A DNA stretch of 64,000 nt from Octopus sinensis. Taxonomy: Eukaryota. Position numbers and translations under genes: made by a program. The first letter of the stretch is position 1. The number at the start of each line of letters is the position of its first letter. Location of the stretch: contig NC_043000.1 in assembly GCF_006345805.1 (NCBI RefSeq), forward strand, positions 55,738,001-55,802,000. The letters run 5' to 3'. The notes beneath the pieces are model-generated. The model worked only from the letters and a program-made list of their open reading frames with translations, had not been told where the DNA came from and ran no database searches. Of the stretch, positions 13,519-26,880 are shown in pieces.

Positions 13519-14581
13519 TCGTCTTCTAGGCTTATATTGTTGAATCTTGTGCAATTTCTACCCGTTTTTCTTGGGGTTTTTTTTTCTCTTTTTCCTGTTG
13601 TTTTCGTAGTGGAAGGCTTCTTTTTGCATTTTACTTCCTCTTTAAAGAATTATTTATTTTTTATGTTAAATTTCAATCATTTTTTATTCTTTCACTTTTT
13701 CATGCTTGGTATGTGTATCGTGATTTAAAAAACTACAATCAAAAGCTAACCAAATTTCTCTTTTGCATTATATGATATTTTATATATATTTTTCAATAAT
13801 ATATTCGTGTGACAAAACAATTACTAGTTTATTTTTATATTTTGTATTTGGTTCCTTATTTAATCTACTTTCACATTAAAATAGAATATCCGTCAGTCGG
13901 AAAACCGTTACACAAATCTTGGAAAAAGCCATTAGCTGTTTGGCTCTCTCAGTCACCACTGTAGATAGAGATAGTCCAGTGAGTACACAGCGTAATGGTC
14001 TAATTCATAAAATATTGATCTGTTGAACAAGGCATCGTGTTCAAATATTCCACTAGTATTTTATTCTATTTATAGTAAGCACTTCATTCTGCGCTTTCCA
14101 ACAAATCGTTGGAATAAATTTGTTTACTCCAAAGATATGTGCTTTGTCATTCGCAGTATCAGGATTTATTTCTATTTTTTCTTGACTAAAAAATTGTAAT
14201 TAAACCGAACACCTTAAATCATTTTAGATGCAGTAAACATATCATAAAATCTTCTACTGAGTTGAAACAACGACCCAGTTATAATTCTCATTTGTAACCA
14301 TCTCACTACTTACAATATTTTCAAAGAATTTGTAAATGGCCCACAATATTTTCCATTATCTTCTTTTTAGGTGTGTTTCCATGACTACATGCGAAATTAA
14401 TCAGGTAATAACAATAAATATCATATAAGTTTTCTTTTGGAACCAAATTCACTTTCGAATCACGAATAATCTCCATCGAAAAGGCGCGAATAATCTCAGC
14501 TTTGGAAATTTCTTGCCATTATGAGCTTCATCCGTTTAGATATAAAACAACTAATCCCTGTTGGTTCTGTATAAGATCAAT

Positions 14582-14735
14582 CTAGGCGCACGAATAGACA
14601 TGTAGTTAAGAAGCTCACTTCGCATTTACGTGATTTCAGTTTCGATATCATCTTAGGAAAAGTGCTTTCTGTCATCATCTCATGTGGACTAAAGCCTTGC
14701 ATGTTAACTTTGATCGACGGAGACTATGAATGTTC
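14582..14735 (+). mobile_element. SINE family B head, degenerate
   Basis: ggcgcac...gttaagaagctcacttcgca...ctaaagccttg...gacggagactatga resembles the family B 5' half. Confidence 0.5.
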
Positions 14736-16707
14736 TTCAAGCAATTATTTTATACACATGTGCATGGAGTATGTATGAGTATAATGCTGCATGAATCACA
14801 AATTATTTTCACTGAACAGAATATATATTGCTGTATTTAGTTACGCCAAAACTTATTTGTATTTTGTTTCTTGCCAGATTACTAAAATATGTTCTAGACA
14901 TTGAAGTGGGGTAGAATAACTACCCTTAATGCAAAACATGTAAAAAATTAAATGACCTTCATGCAAAATAAGTATAATGCCGGTAATTCAGTTTATTTAT
15001 ACCAGATGTACTCAACCGCTTTGGCCCAAAAGCACGTTCTTAATCTTTTAACACTATCAGTGCTCTTTCGCTTCTCATGAAGCAGACTTTTCATCTGCAT
15101 TCAGTTTGAATGCAAATCATAGAGGTTATCTTCTTCCCCAATTTCCTACAAAGCCCCGAAAGAGACGTTACAGCTCCCTTTAAACAACACTGGTTTAGAT
15201 AAAACCAATATGTAATTGGTAAATATTTCGTAAGCTTACTGTGTTAGTTACGAATCAATGCATAAGCTTCAGAATTTCAATCAGGTAATACTAGAAGCAC
15301 ATTCTATGAAACAGCTGAATTAGTTGCCTAAAATACTAGCAGTCTTTTGCAACTGAATTGTAGCCAGTTCCGGATCGTTGCTAATTCTATTACGCTCTCT
15401 TTCAAATAATTTCACTGATTTGCATAAATGTCACCGTTCACATTTAATTTCACCTAAGAAGCTTACTCTCCGTATGTATCAATTGAAACTAACAAGAAAG
15501 CAAATCCAGTGATCTTTCTCACTTGAAATGTATGTAGCTATAGTATGTCACTTCCGGGCATGGCTATTTTATAGAAGTAAATTTAGAAGGAATAGAGATT
15601 GGATCGAGGCCAAGAAGATGAGATAGATTGGCTGTTCCGGTATTACTACTCGGGTAAGTGCTGCTGCAACTGGAATTGTTAGTATAAATTGGGTTATAGA
15701 ATTGATACACACAAATACATACATGCAAGCTCATATATTGATACATAGTCATGAATATCTTGAAAGGAGTTTCAGCTGATGCGCGTCTAGAGAAGCAGCA
15801 TACAAAATGTTTAAAGGCAAGATCTCTGAAGACAATAGTTGTAATACGTAGACTTACATGGAAATATTATACAGTCGAAATGTCAGATTATCACAGGTAA
15901 CTGTTGAGAGTAACTTTGATATAATGTGGTACAAAAACGATACTATCGAGCTCTGCATTAGTTTTTGCAAAATAGTTTCAAATGTAACTTCCCGTTGAGC
16001 TACACTGAGTTTCTCCGATGCGACGTAAAATCTTATCTATGTGGCTATTTATGTCTGTGTGTATGAATGTGCGTGTGTGCGTGCGCGTGAGCATCTATGT
16101 GTGTGGTGGGTACACGATTTCAAATTTGAATACATTACATTTGTTGCTATTTAGGAGTTAATATTTTGCAACACATTCATTGGCGTAGAATATGTAAGTT
16201 GTTTTTTCTACATTGTAAGAAAGAGTATGTATGTTTGTATGTGTGTTTATATGTGTCTGTGTTTGTGTGCATGTATAATGATCCGTTATTCGTCTTGTGT
16301 ATAAACTATTGTATAAATCAATGTTGTTATTGCTAACTACAAGTAAAGAGTATTTCATTTGCATACTTGCAAGAAAACACTTTCAAATCATCTACTTGCA
16401 TTTTTCTGTATTTCTCTCAGCGAATATCTGATACAATGTGTACATTTAGAAAATAGCGTTTTGCTTCTTCGTGTTGAGGGCAGGAAAGCATGAATAACTT
16501 CACTTACATCAATGAAATTGCATATGGAGAAAGGAGGTAAGTATTCAACTTAACAATATCCAACACATATTCCTATTTTCTGTATTCAAAAGATGTGCGT
16601 TTATCTATGAAATCCTTACGTGAAATATGTTTTAACTATCATTATCGCATTCTAGCTGATATCAATAAAGTCAGTTCGTATTATCATTTGAGAAGGAGAG
16701 TAATGAG

Positions 16708-16709
<2 letters not shown>

Positions 16710-16759
<50 letters not shown>
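16710..16759. repeat. (TA)n microsatellite
   Basis: Read directly. Confidence 0.96.
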
Positions 16760-16763
<4 letters not shown>

Positions 16764-17049
16764 ATGTATATATCGATTGAAAGTTGAAGGGTTGTATTTG
16801 ATCCATTGCTATTCAACATTGTCATGACACAAAACGGAAGTGCGAGATAGCAAAGCACCAAATAGAACCGAGTGGAAGTAGGACTTAGGGAGATTTCATA
16901 ATAGAAGATTCTCTCTTATAAACAACTTTGCTTGAATAACCTGCACTGATGCAACACAGGTCAGCTTTTGTTCCTCCGGTTTTTGTTTCATCTGCATGTC
17001 TTAAATATAGAAGTACAAAGAAAACTATTGGATGTAAATCTACAATATC

Positions 17050-17200
17050 TATGAATATATATTTACATCTATGTATGTATGTATTTATTTACGTATGTAT
17101 GTATTTATTTACATATATGTATTTTTGTATGTATTTATGTATGTATGTATATATGTATACGTGTATGTATCTTTGTATGTATGTATGTGTATATGTACAC
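17050..17200. repeat. Degenerate (TATG)n microsatellite
   Basis: Read directly. Confidence 0.85.
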
Positions 17201-20200
17201 GCTTATGGATATAGCTATGCATATTTTCAAAGGATGTGTGTGTAGGTATGTGTGTCACACTTATAAAAAATACATTATGAATATTTATTTCGGATTTCAA
17301 ATTCTGTTGGAGTCTTAGTCGATTAAATAATAAAACAGCATACATTGCAGTTTGTGATGTTTATGACGCTGCCTGTTCTTCTGAGTCGTAAGTCAAGATT
17401 CCATCTTCGCAGAGTACATCATTATAGAGCGCATGCCTTTCTAAGCTTTTGAATATGTTTAGGAACAGTAGGTACCGGCACTATTTGATGGGAAATCCTT
17501 CAAATAAACTTTGAAATTATCTCGCACACACAAATAGACTTTATATCAGCATTCTGTGTACCACCTATGTATATGACATAAAGGCATTTATTATTTCATT
17601 TGTGTCGTGGCTTGTATAATAAACTGCTTAGTATTGATGTGGTTCTAACTTATTGCCTACAATAGTTTATATTGCTAATGTTCGGACAAAGCGCCACAAA
17701 ATACAGTTTACCCATAAATCTCAGAAGTAATGGCCTATGTATGAGACTGTGACGTATGGAGTTGAGTACAATGCTTTAGAAATGGTATATCATCTCCCAA
17801 TGCAAATCAGTGGCTCAGTTTGTTCTCCCGCTGCCTCTAATCCGAAATACTTGCGGGAAAATGTCCCATAATTTACATTGGCATTGTAACTACACATCGC
17901 CTCTATATTCTAAACAGTATGTCAATAGGAAAGCTTTTGAGTGGTCATGTTCAACAACTCCTGCATGAAAGTGTGACTGATCATATTTCTACAAGAAAAG
18001 CTTATTTCTTTAGCGGAGTGTTTTGAATATTTCTTTCGAAAAATCCAATTTTTTTTTGAAAGAATTCGTATGCACGTGAGTAGATGTGTGGGTTCTATAT
18101 ACATTTGCTAACTTTCTCTTCTTTAAACATGACTTTGTACGGTTTTACTCTCTCCATGAACTCTATCAAAATGAATCTTGCGAACTGTATCATTCTTAAA
18201 AACAATCATTGCAACAATATCATTTCAACTAAAACACTAAAAATAACTCATCACATTTCAAAATGCCTTAAGACATACCATATATCTTGGAATTAAATTT
18301 TAATAAGGTTCACAGCCTTCCGAAATAACAAAGTCATAAACACAAATTGGACATATATCCAATAACAATTTTAATCTATTCATGGCAGCTATCATGATTT
18401 TCCTGTCACTATTCCATTTATTCTTTTCAACTTCGCAGAAATCCTATTTGGACAGCATCCAGTTTGACTTTTTATGATTTCAACCGTATTATTTGATAAT
18501 TCTCAAAAATACCATCTATAATTGCCAATAATAAATCGATTGCAATCTCCATGGAAAATATTTTCTTCTGTTTTTTATGTTTTTTCCCCCATTGCAAGAG
18601 TCACACAGGTCGATAAATAAGATACGCGTTACGATTCGGCAGCTTGGAACAACTTATAAGATATGTCATGTTATTTTTAAAAAAACCCATTTAACTCCCC
18701 GTGAAATCGAAACCTGTCTTAAGGCACCGGCACATTTCCTGTAACGATAGGACAAACCAGTTCAACATTGATGGGATATTCGCAACAAAATCCCTAGCAT
18801 TAAGACTCCATTAAACTAAAAGACCCCATTATATTTACTTCGTTGAGTCATTACGGTTTCTATTAAAAATGCAACTAGTTCAATGGTTATTTGTAATAGG
18901 TATTTTACCAAAAAAAGGCTCCATCCCAAAATGTTCTTCCATTTTCCCTTGCTTCTTGAAGTCAAGGCAATTTCTATAGCATTTATCCTTGTCTAAGTGC
19001 ACTCAAGAGAAGAGGGTAATGTTACTTCAGTTAATAATTATTCTGAATACTTTTCAGGGTGTAGTTTTGGAGTGTGGAGGTATGATGTTCTAATTTTAAT
19101 TGACAGTAACTTGAGATTTACCAAAGACACCATGTAACGGTAGGTACAATGTGCATCTAGAAGATATAGAGCTCATTGCTCATGGTATTAACAGAAAAAA
19201 ACAAATAAAGAACACATTCGGAAGTAATCCAGCTAGCCAAAATATCATAAAACGGAAACACATTTTTACTATCCTTGCTGCATTGGTAAGCTTGGAATAG
19301 AAATAAATGCATCGGGATGTTGCATGAATGAACCAATATATTTTACGCTATGACTATACTAAACATTACAATTGAAATCACAAAATGGAGAACCTACGTC
19401 TGTGTAAAAATTTCTGCTTGCAGAATGTAACTGATGTATATTAACTTCGCACATTTACATCCGCCATAGGTCGACTTTGACTTTCATTTTTCTGTCGTTG
19501 ATAAGACAAAATGCCAGACAAGTTCTGAGTACTTGACTATATCCAAAATATGCGGCTTCATATCAATATTAGAAATCAATATTCATTACCTCAACAGCGA
19601 AAGATTACGAAACATTTATCAATGTTATAATTTTGATCGGGCCTGAGAACCACAAAATTTAACTATTGACTTCCATCTAACTCGAAACTAAGTGGGTTTG
19701 AAACAAGAAATGTGTTTGGTAAAATAGCCAAAATATCCTTGGTAGAATATAGGGATTGTGTCACATATCTAGATAAAACTGAATATTTGTTTCTGTTGTT
19801 GTTATTTAGCCCTAACTTAAATCTTGCTGGTCAGTCGAGAGGTCGAAATTTCCAAGTGTTATCCAGGAAATATATGTATTGTTAAATGCTTCCTTCGTTA
19901 TTGAAGGAGGGGTTTATGTTTCGAGAGAGATTTGGCTTTTATTCTCTTAGTTTGTCAAGGACATATTATTGTACATAAATCAGGTAGTCTTCAAAGAGAT
20001 CATGTTATCTGAATTGCAGCCGACATGTAAATTCTATAATTATTTCCGATATGAACAAATAAAAATAATTCAAAAAGGACAAAATCGACAAATCGTACTA
20101 GGAGCCAAAAGATGACGGCCAAGTAGTACTGTGTCAGTACCAATGGGTAGGGACAAACCGCAGGTATATGCGGTAGTGGTGCTTTAAATGTGACAAGTGT

Positions 20201-20477
20201 TAATTTATATCAGCAACGCTGGTGGAGGAGATTCAATAACTTACATTTATACTGCATACATATTTCTGCCTATTACTACTAAATGACTTATGAGTCTGAA
20301 AGTTATGTGAATCATTAGACTGCTGAGCAACGAATTGATTTCATCCGGCAGTCTAACACCCTATATTCTCAATAATGCTCTTATTTTAATCTACCCCACT
20401 GAAGATGTACATCATTGTGTAGATACAGATCGCTTTTTTTAAACAGTATAAGTGCGTTGATTAATAATAGTTATTTA

Positions 20478-21889
20478 TGACCTGTGTTGTGGAAACTGTG
20501 TGTCAAGATCTTGAACGACATGGAGTGGCCGATCGACTGGTGTCGTACAGTCTTCGTACCAATACTAATGAAAGGCAACCCGCGCGAGTGCTCTAACCAC
20601 CGAACCATCAGATTTATTGTCCACGCAAGCAAGATCCTGCTGCTAATCATCGTAGTTAGACTGCAGCGGAAATATAGCAGTCATCGCCGAGGAACAAGCC
20701 GGCTTTGCCAAGAGCAGAGGAACAAGGGAACAGATAGTCAACATCAGGATGATGATCGAGAAGTTTAAGGAATGTAACATCCCACTTTATGTGTGTTTCA
20801 TCGACTACTCTAAGGCCTTCGACCGTGTGAGGCACAGCAAGCTGTGGGACGTTATGAAGGACATGGGATTTCCTGAACACTTAGTCGCACTGTTGGCGCG
20901 ACTATAAAAAGATCAACAGTCATCTGTCAGGACGTCCGTCGGTGACACTGAGTGGTTCGGCATTGAGAGGGGTGTCCGACAGTGATGTGTTCTGTCTCCA
21001 TATCTGTACAACATCTATGCAGAAAACATCATAAGAGCGGTGAAGGAGGACTACGACGGTGGTGTGCAGATTGGCGGAGAAAGGCTGTGCAATCTGAGAT
21101 ACGCCGATGACACAACCTTCATAAGTAACAGCAAGGACGAATTGCTGCAGATGATACGCAAAGTGAAAGACATGAGTGCACAAAGTGACCTATTTCTGAA
21201 TGTAAAAAAGACAAAGATCTTGGTGGTGAATAAGAACAGGACAGACCAAGGTGATTTCACCGTATACGGAGAGATGATTCAGGAAGTGGTTGATTTTGTG
21301 TACTTGGGATCCACAATCAGCACCAGTGGATCAAGTACACCAGAGATACGGAGAAGGCTAGCGATAACGAGGCAAGCAGTACAAGATATGGAGAACATCT
21401 GGAAGAGTCGTGGCGTGTCAATGCTGCTGAAGATAAGGCTACTTCGGGCTGCCGCTTTCTCTGTTGCGTCGTACGGATGCGAGTCGTGGACAATGTTGAA
21501 AGGAGACGAGAAAAGAGTGAGCGCTTTTGAAATGCGGTGTTACCGCAGAATCCTTAGAGTATCGTGAACGGAAAGAAGGACGAACAACTGGGTACTAGAA
21601 AAGCTCAGTTGTGAGATGACGCTTCAGAGAAACATCATGAAGCGGAAGCTATGGTTCTTTGGCCACATCATGCGCCGAGATGGACTTGAGCGAACGATCA
21701 TAACTGGCAAGGTGAATGGCAAACGTAAAAGAGGCAGAACACCCTCTTCTTGGCTGAAAGACATCGCAGCCGTTGGATTGTCTTTATTCTTAGCTGTCTA
21801 TGGGGGTAGAATACAGGAGAAGGTGGTAAGACATCATGATGACCACAACATCGCATAGTGCGACACCTGACGAGGATGATGGATGATGA
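20478..21889 (+). mobile_element. RTE-clade LINE, 5'-truncated (RT domain to 3' end), pseudogenised
   Basis: Peptide motifs W.RTVFVPI.MKGN..ECSNHRTI, EEQAGF...GTREQI, FIDYSKAFD, GVRQ*CVLSP.LYNIY, YADD (21100-21111), FVYLGS, YGCESWT, FEMRCYRRILRVS*T, FFGHIMRR and GKRKRGR. Frameshift near 20672; stops at 20905, 20983 and 21565; short GAT-type tail at 21875-21889. Confidence 0.95.
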
Positions 21890-22380
21890 ACTGTTTGCGT
21901 TCGGTATCCCATATATTGTTCCTTATTCCTCCACTTAAATTTTCTGTCAATGAATCAGGCAGGCTTCAATGTACTCTATTATGCTGATAAAATCTAACTA
22001 AAATTTGTTCATGGTTGTTGCTTGCTCAAATCCCGCCGAGGACTTCGTCATCTTGCCGGTGTTGATAATATAAAGTATAATTCAAATACTCGGGTCGATG
22101 ATGACATCTAACTCCCTTCCCTCAAAAATTGTTTGCCCTATGCTTGACTGGTAAATTTGCAGAATCGTTAGAGCGTCGGGTAAAATACCCTTACTGAATT
22201 GTTTTACAAATCTTGAAGTGCGTTCAAATTTCATCAAGATCAGCTTACTTTCTATAATTTGGAAGTCGATCGAATAAAGTTGGGTTAATAGCATTTATTA
22301 ACTTCTTTCACCCTCCGATTTCAGGTCTTGTGTCGATAGTAGAAAATTGGAAAACTTTATACTATATTTTGTTTCACATT

Positions 22381-22576
22381 TTGGCACAAGGCCAGCAGAT
22401 TCGCAGGAGTGGATAAGTCGATTAAATCGTACCCTGTACACAACTATAACTTATTTTATCGACTCTGAAGAAATGACCGGCAAAGTCCACCTCGGTGGAA
22501 TTTGAACTCAGAGGACGAAATGCCACTAAAAATTTTTTTCCCGGTGCGCTTACGATTCTCTCTGCTCTCTGCCTTC
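22381..22576 (-). mobile_element. SINE family A
   Basis: ggcacaaggccagca...gtcgatta...ttattttatcgac...caaagtccacctcggtggaatttgaactcaga...tacgattc; same family as 47671-47894. Confidence 0.8.
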
Positions 22577-25500
22577 GTGTTATTTTATATTCAGTCCAAC
22601 GTTAATTAAAATTCTTCTTAATTTTGACAAAATAGGTACCACCCATGTAACATAGTCGATAAAATCGACTGTACTTTGTTTCAAAACCGGTGGTACAGTT
22701 ATGGAAGTAACACTAGTGGAATATTTCATATCTTATTTAACTTATTTATATTAACCGTCGGTATTATTTTGATCAAAATATTAGACCAGTTGTGAAATAA
22801 ATTACTTCTTTTGTGAATCAATCGCAAATCGCTATTCATTTGTTTTATCGCTCTGATCTCCTCTCTACATTGTTATTCTGTTTGTCAGAAATGCTGTGAT
22901 GGGTGGCGAAATTGTTTTAGTTTATTCCTTTTTTAGAGTTTTTGTTGGTGTTGCTAATCTATTTTCGAATATAGTGTATTAGAATTTGTTTTATTTATTT
23001 AATATTCTTCAATAATTTGCCATAAAGTAGCAACAACAAAAGGATTTTTGACATGTGTAATTCAAGAAATACGAGTTAAATTTCATTGAAGATCTTGTCT
23101 CGTCTTTCACTTTCCAAAATTAAAAATTAAAAAAATTAACTAATTGTCACAGAACAATGGCATTTGAGAAGAGAGAAATTACGAATTTCGAAAAATAAAC
23201 GAATGCAAAAATGAATAAATAAATATGAAATATAAACTTTTTAAACAAAACACTTTCCACGACAGAATAAGAGCTATATTTTTTAAATGGCAATCATCAC
23301 AGCTACTGTTCCCCTTGGCCTTGTAAGCTTCATTGTCAATGTTTGATAAAAGATAGAAGTCTTAATAGAAAAGATTAAAACTTCTTTAAATTAACTCTTT
23401 AGTGCTTTTATTATTATTCTCTGATTATTTTAGACTTGTCAATTCTGAATAAGAATTTACAAAAATTTAATGAAAATATCTTAAAGAATTTTTTAATATC
23501 GTTTGCAAAGTTGGAGCATTTTAATTTGGTGGTTTTTCTCCTGAAATGTTACATAATTGTTAATTTTTCGAATGATTATGATTTATGATTTTAAATAATT
23601 GAAAATAATTGACAAAGATGAAAAAATCTGTAGAATCATTTCAATGGTATTGTTTGGAAACGTTCATTGTAAAAAAACTCTTAAACCTTCCTAGGCCAAG
23701 AAAGTTCATACATAAAACTGATGTTAATCAAGAGATTACAACGAATCAAACAAAAGACTGTCATTTTGTAACAAATATTTTACAGCATATTGTAACGATC
23801 ATATCGTTTTTATGTCTTGCTTTTGGGTGAAAGTTTGTTTGGTTTTTTTAGTTGCTTTTTTGTGATTTTATTGTTCATATTTATATTGTGCGTAGTAATA
23901 TATATTAAAAAATTGGGCGTGATGAATATGTGGAGAATGGGCGGTTACATTTTCTGGATGTCCTTCCATAATCCTCAGTCAGAGCAGGTTCTTATTTAGT
24001 AAACTAAATTTATTTCAATCGTATAATAAAATTTACGAGTGACCCGACTGTCTGCAATATTATGTGTTCGTCATTTATCGCTCTTTTGAAGTAAAGGTGG
24101 CTAATTCATACAATGTAAGATGCAGACAATATGGGTCAGTTATAAATCTAGGTACAGAATAAGTTTTTCCCTATAATCAGAGATATTTTCATTAATTGCT
24201 GTACAAACAAGTAATACTTCCAGAAAGCCCGCCGGAGCCTTAGCCTCAGTAACGTACTATCTGTTCACAAATCAATCGTCAATGAAGGAGATTGATACAT
24301 TTCCTATAAAACGTTAATATAAATTTATCCCACTTCAAACTACCTATTAATTTTATTTATTTATTTATTTTATCACTTCGCGTATATGATCCCTTTAGTC
24401 CACTAAACTGGTCGTTATGGACACTTCCTGCGGCGTTTTGTAGATAATAGGCAAATTTCGTTCCTGCAAAGAGTGCCAATCTATTGTAGCAGATATATTT
24501 TGCAGAAGAATTTGCACTTGATGCAACACTTCAATAACTGGGTTTTTGACGCCATATTGAATTGACTTCTCAAATTATAGATAAGAATCTTATCTACATT
24601 TTCATACTGACGCCTACTTCTTTAAGTATGATGAAATATATGACAGTCGTATCTGATAAGTCTATAAGATTATCAGATTATCGGCTGAAGGGACAAAATT
24701 GTATATTTTCCTTCGTCGAAGCAATTGATCCAAGGAAATAAGTTCGCAATGTCTTTGATTACTCCACTTAACTTTAAAGGGGTACCATATATACATACAC
24801 CGCGCAGTAGAATTTCGGAATAAAGGTATGTATTGTTAGCCTGGTGTTGTTTGTGGGTAAGAAGTTATTTCGTTAGCAGTCTAAGTTGTTTTGTAAGTCC
24901 ATGGATTAACATCACTCCACCAAATGGAGTGTTTGCTTTCATACATTTGTTATTTTTCTTACATTCTGTTATATATTGAATTCAAAGCATTCTCCGTAAT
25001 ATTTGTGTAATGTATCCTGATATTATTTTCTCTACGGTACGTATGCATTCCGGGATGTGGGGTTACCCAGGGCGAGACGACTTTACCGCCTTTTCGGTCT
25101 TATTTAATAAATGGCTGTGTTTGTTTTCAAACCCCACATTCAGACTATTTTTAATTTCTACATATTTCTATCCTTATAGTAATATTCATTTCTGTTACAG
25201 ATATGCTACGATACGTCATTTTAAGTATTTCTTGCTCTAAATGTCTGTAAACTTAGTACTTTATTTACTTTACACATTATCTTCCATATATAGTAGTGTT
25301 TATATATTCTAGGTCGTTCACTCATACTTTTTGAGCTCTAGTGCAAAGTATTTGTAAGGTTTTCGTACATAAATATTCTATAATATTGGCTCTATAATTG
25401 GAGTACGATGCCTCTAATTATTTTGTGTATTTTTATATGCTGGGTTTTCTTTAGGTTAAGATGCACAACCAAAAACATTGTACTTGATTGTTCATTCCCA

Positions 25501-26097
25501 GTCCTCAAACACCATGACATCACTTTCCAAATTCCGTTTCACAATATGATGCTTTTTGATTGTTGTTGTTGTCTAGGTTCAAATCGCTCCTATTTGAATA
25601 GACTATGATCACGAAGTTATCCAACCATAACTATCCAATAGATTTTTTATAACTTCGCCTACATTAAAAAATGTATCCTCCTTCTTAACACGGTACGGTA
25701 TGATTTCATTGAGATTTACCTGTTATTTATAGTTAACCACGTAACACCAACTTTGTTGGATCGGCATGCTTATTATAGAACTTAGAGGGAAGGCGTTGAC
25801 TTTGTGCCTCATTCAAGACTATAATTCTAAGAAATGAGTCCTCTACATTTTAGCTTGTGCTGGAACTTTACTTAATTCAATAATATAAGTTGCTCTTTTT
25901 TTTAAAGATTGTTCCGTTTTTTTTTCAGTACTGCATCATCTTAAATTCAATTTCATATCTGTTGTTATCCATAAAGACGTAATTGTCGTAAAAAATGTGT
26001 GTGTGTGTGTGTGTGTGCGTAATGTATGTACATATATATATACATACACGCATGCATGCATACATATATACAAACAAACAAACAAACATACATACAT

Positions 26098-26880
26098 CTA
26101 GTGATGAGACATGATGTTGTAGACAAGACACTGTATAATAAGATCCACCCGAAGGATAATCCTGAGGCTAAAAAGATAAAGGCCTACAGTATGCTAGAGG
26201 CCATAGCCACTTATAAGAAGGAGTACTGGTGGAATGTTCCTGTGAAAACCTCAATAGAATGTAGACATAACAGTCCTGACATACTGATCTGGGACAGATA
26301 AGAGAAACTATATACGGTAGTGAAAATCAGCTGCCCAGCAGATGTCAAGATAAAGCTAAGGATCAGTGAGAAAGAAAATTCCTACGCTAACTTATTGAGA
26401 AATTCATAGTTGCTCTATCCGGATTAGAAGTTCGGGTTTATACTTGTAATGGCCACTGGGATATGTAACAAACTGCTTAAGCCCGATCTTAAGGAATTAA
26501 GCATCTCAGAACCAGAAAGGAGAAATTTAATTAGGAGATTACAGATTCAAGTCACCAACAGAACTGGAAAAATTGGTGAATCTTTCTAGAAGTATATGTC
26601 CAGTCATGCAACTATATGCATAACAATACATACATAAAACAAAGCAAACAAATCTGCTCATGCATTGACTCTTATTACAACGCACACACACACGAACACA
26701 CGCACGCACACACATACACGCATGCACACACACGAACACACGCACGCACACACATACACGCACACACACACACACTCATGGTCAAATACTCTGCTGATGT
26801 TCAAACGCCAATGAAGGACCATTGGATTTAGGTTAGAAACCGACTCTTCCTTTATTGGCAAGAAAACTTAATAATAACAT
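26098..26880 (+). mobile_element. R4/Dong-clade RLE retrotransposon 3' end embedded in CATA-type repeats
   Basis: LVMRHDVVDK..EYWWNVPVKTSIECRHNSPDILIWDR*EKLYTVVKISCPADVKIKLRISEKENSYANLL matches RHD...WW...PDI.....E.SCP.D....EK...Y. The 5' junction is inside catacatacat, and a 3' UTR-like segment ends in catatatacatatatacatatacat. Confidence 0.8.

Noticed and set aside
24700-25800. Possible ancient Penelope RT fragments on the minus strand
   Set aside because: Only vague resemblance (YKTT.T...P); too degenerate to support without a profile search.
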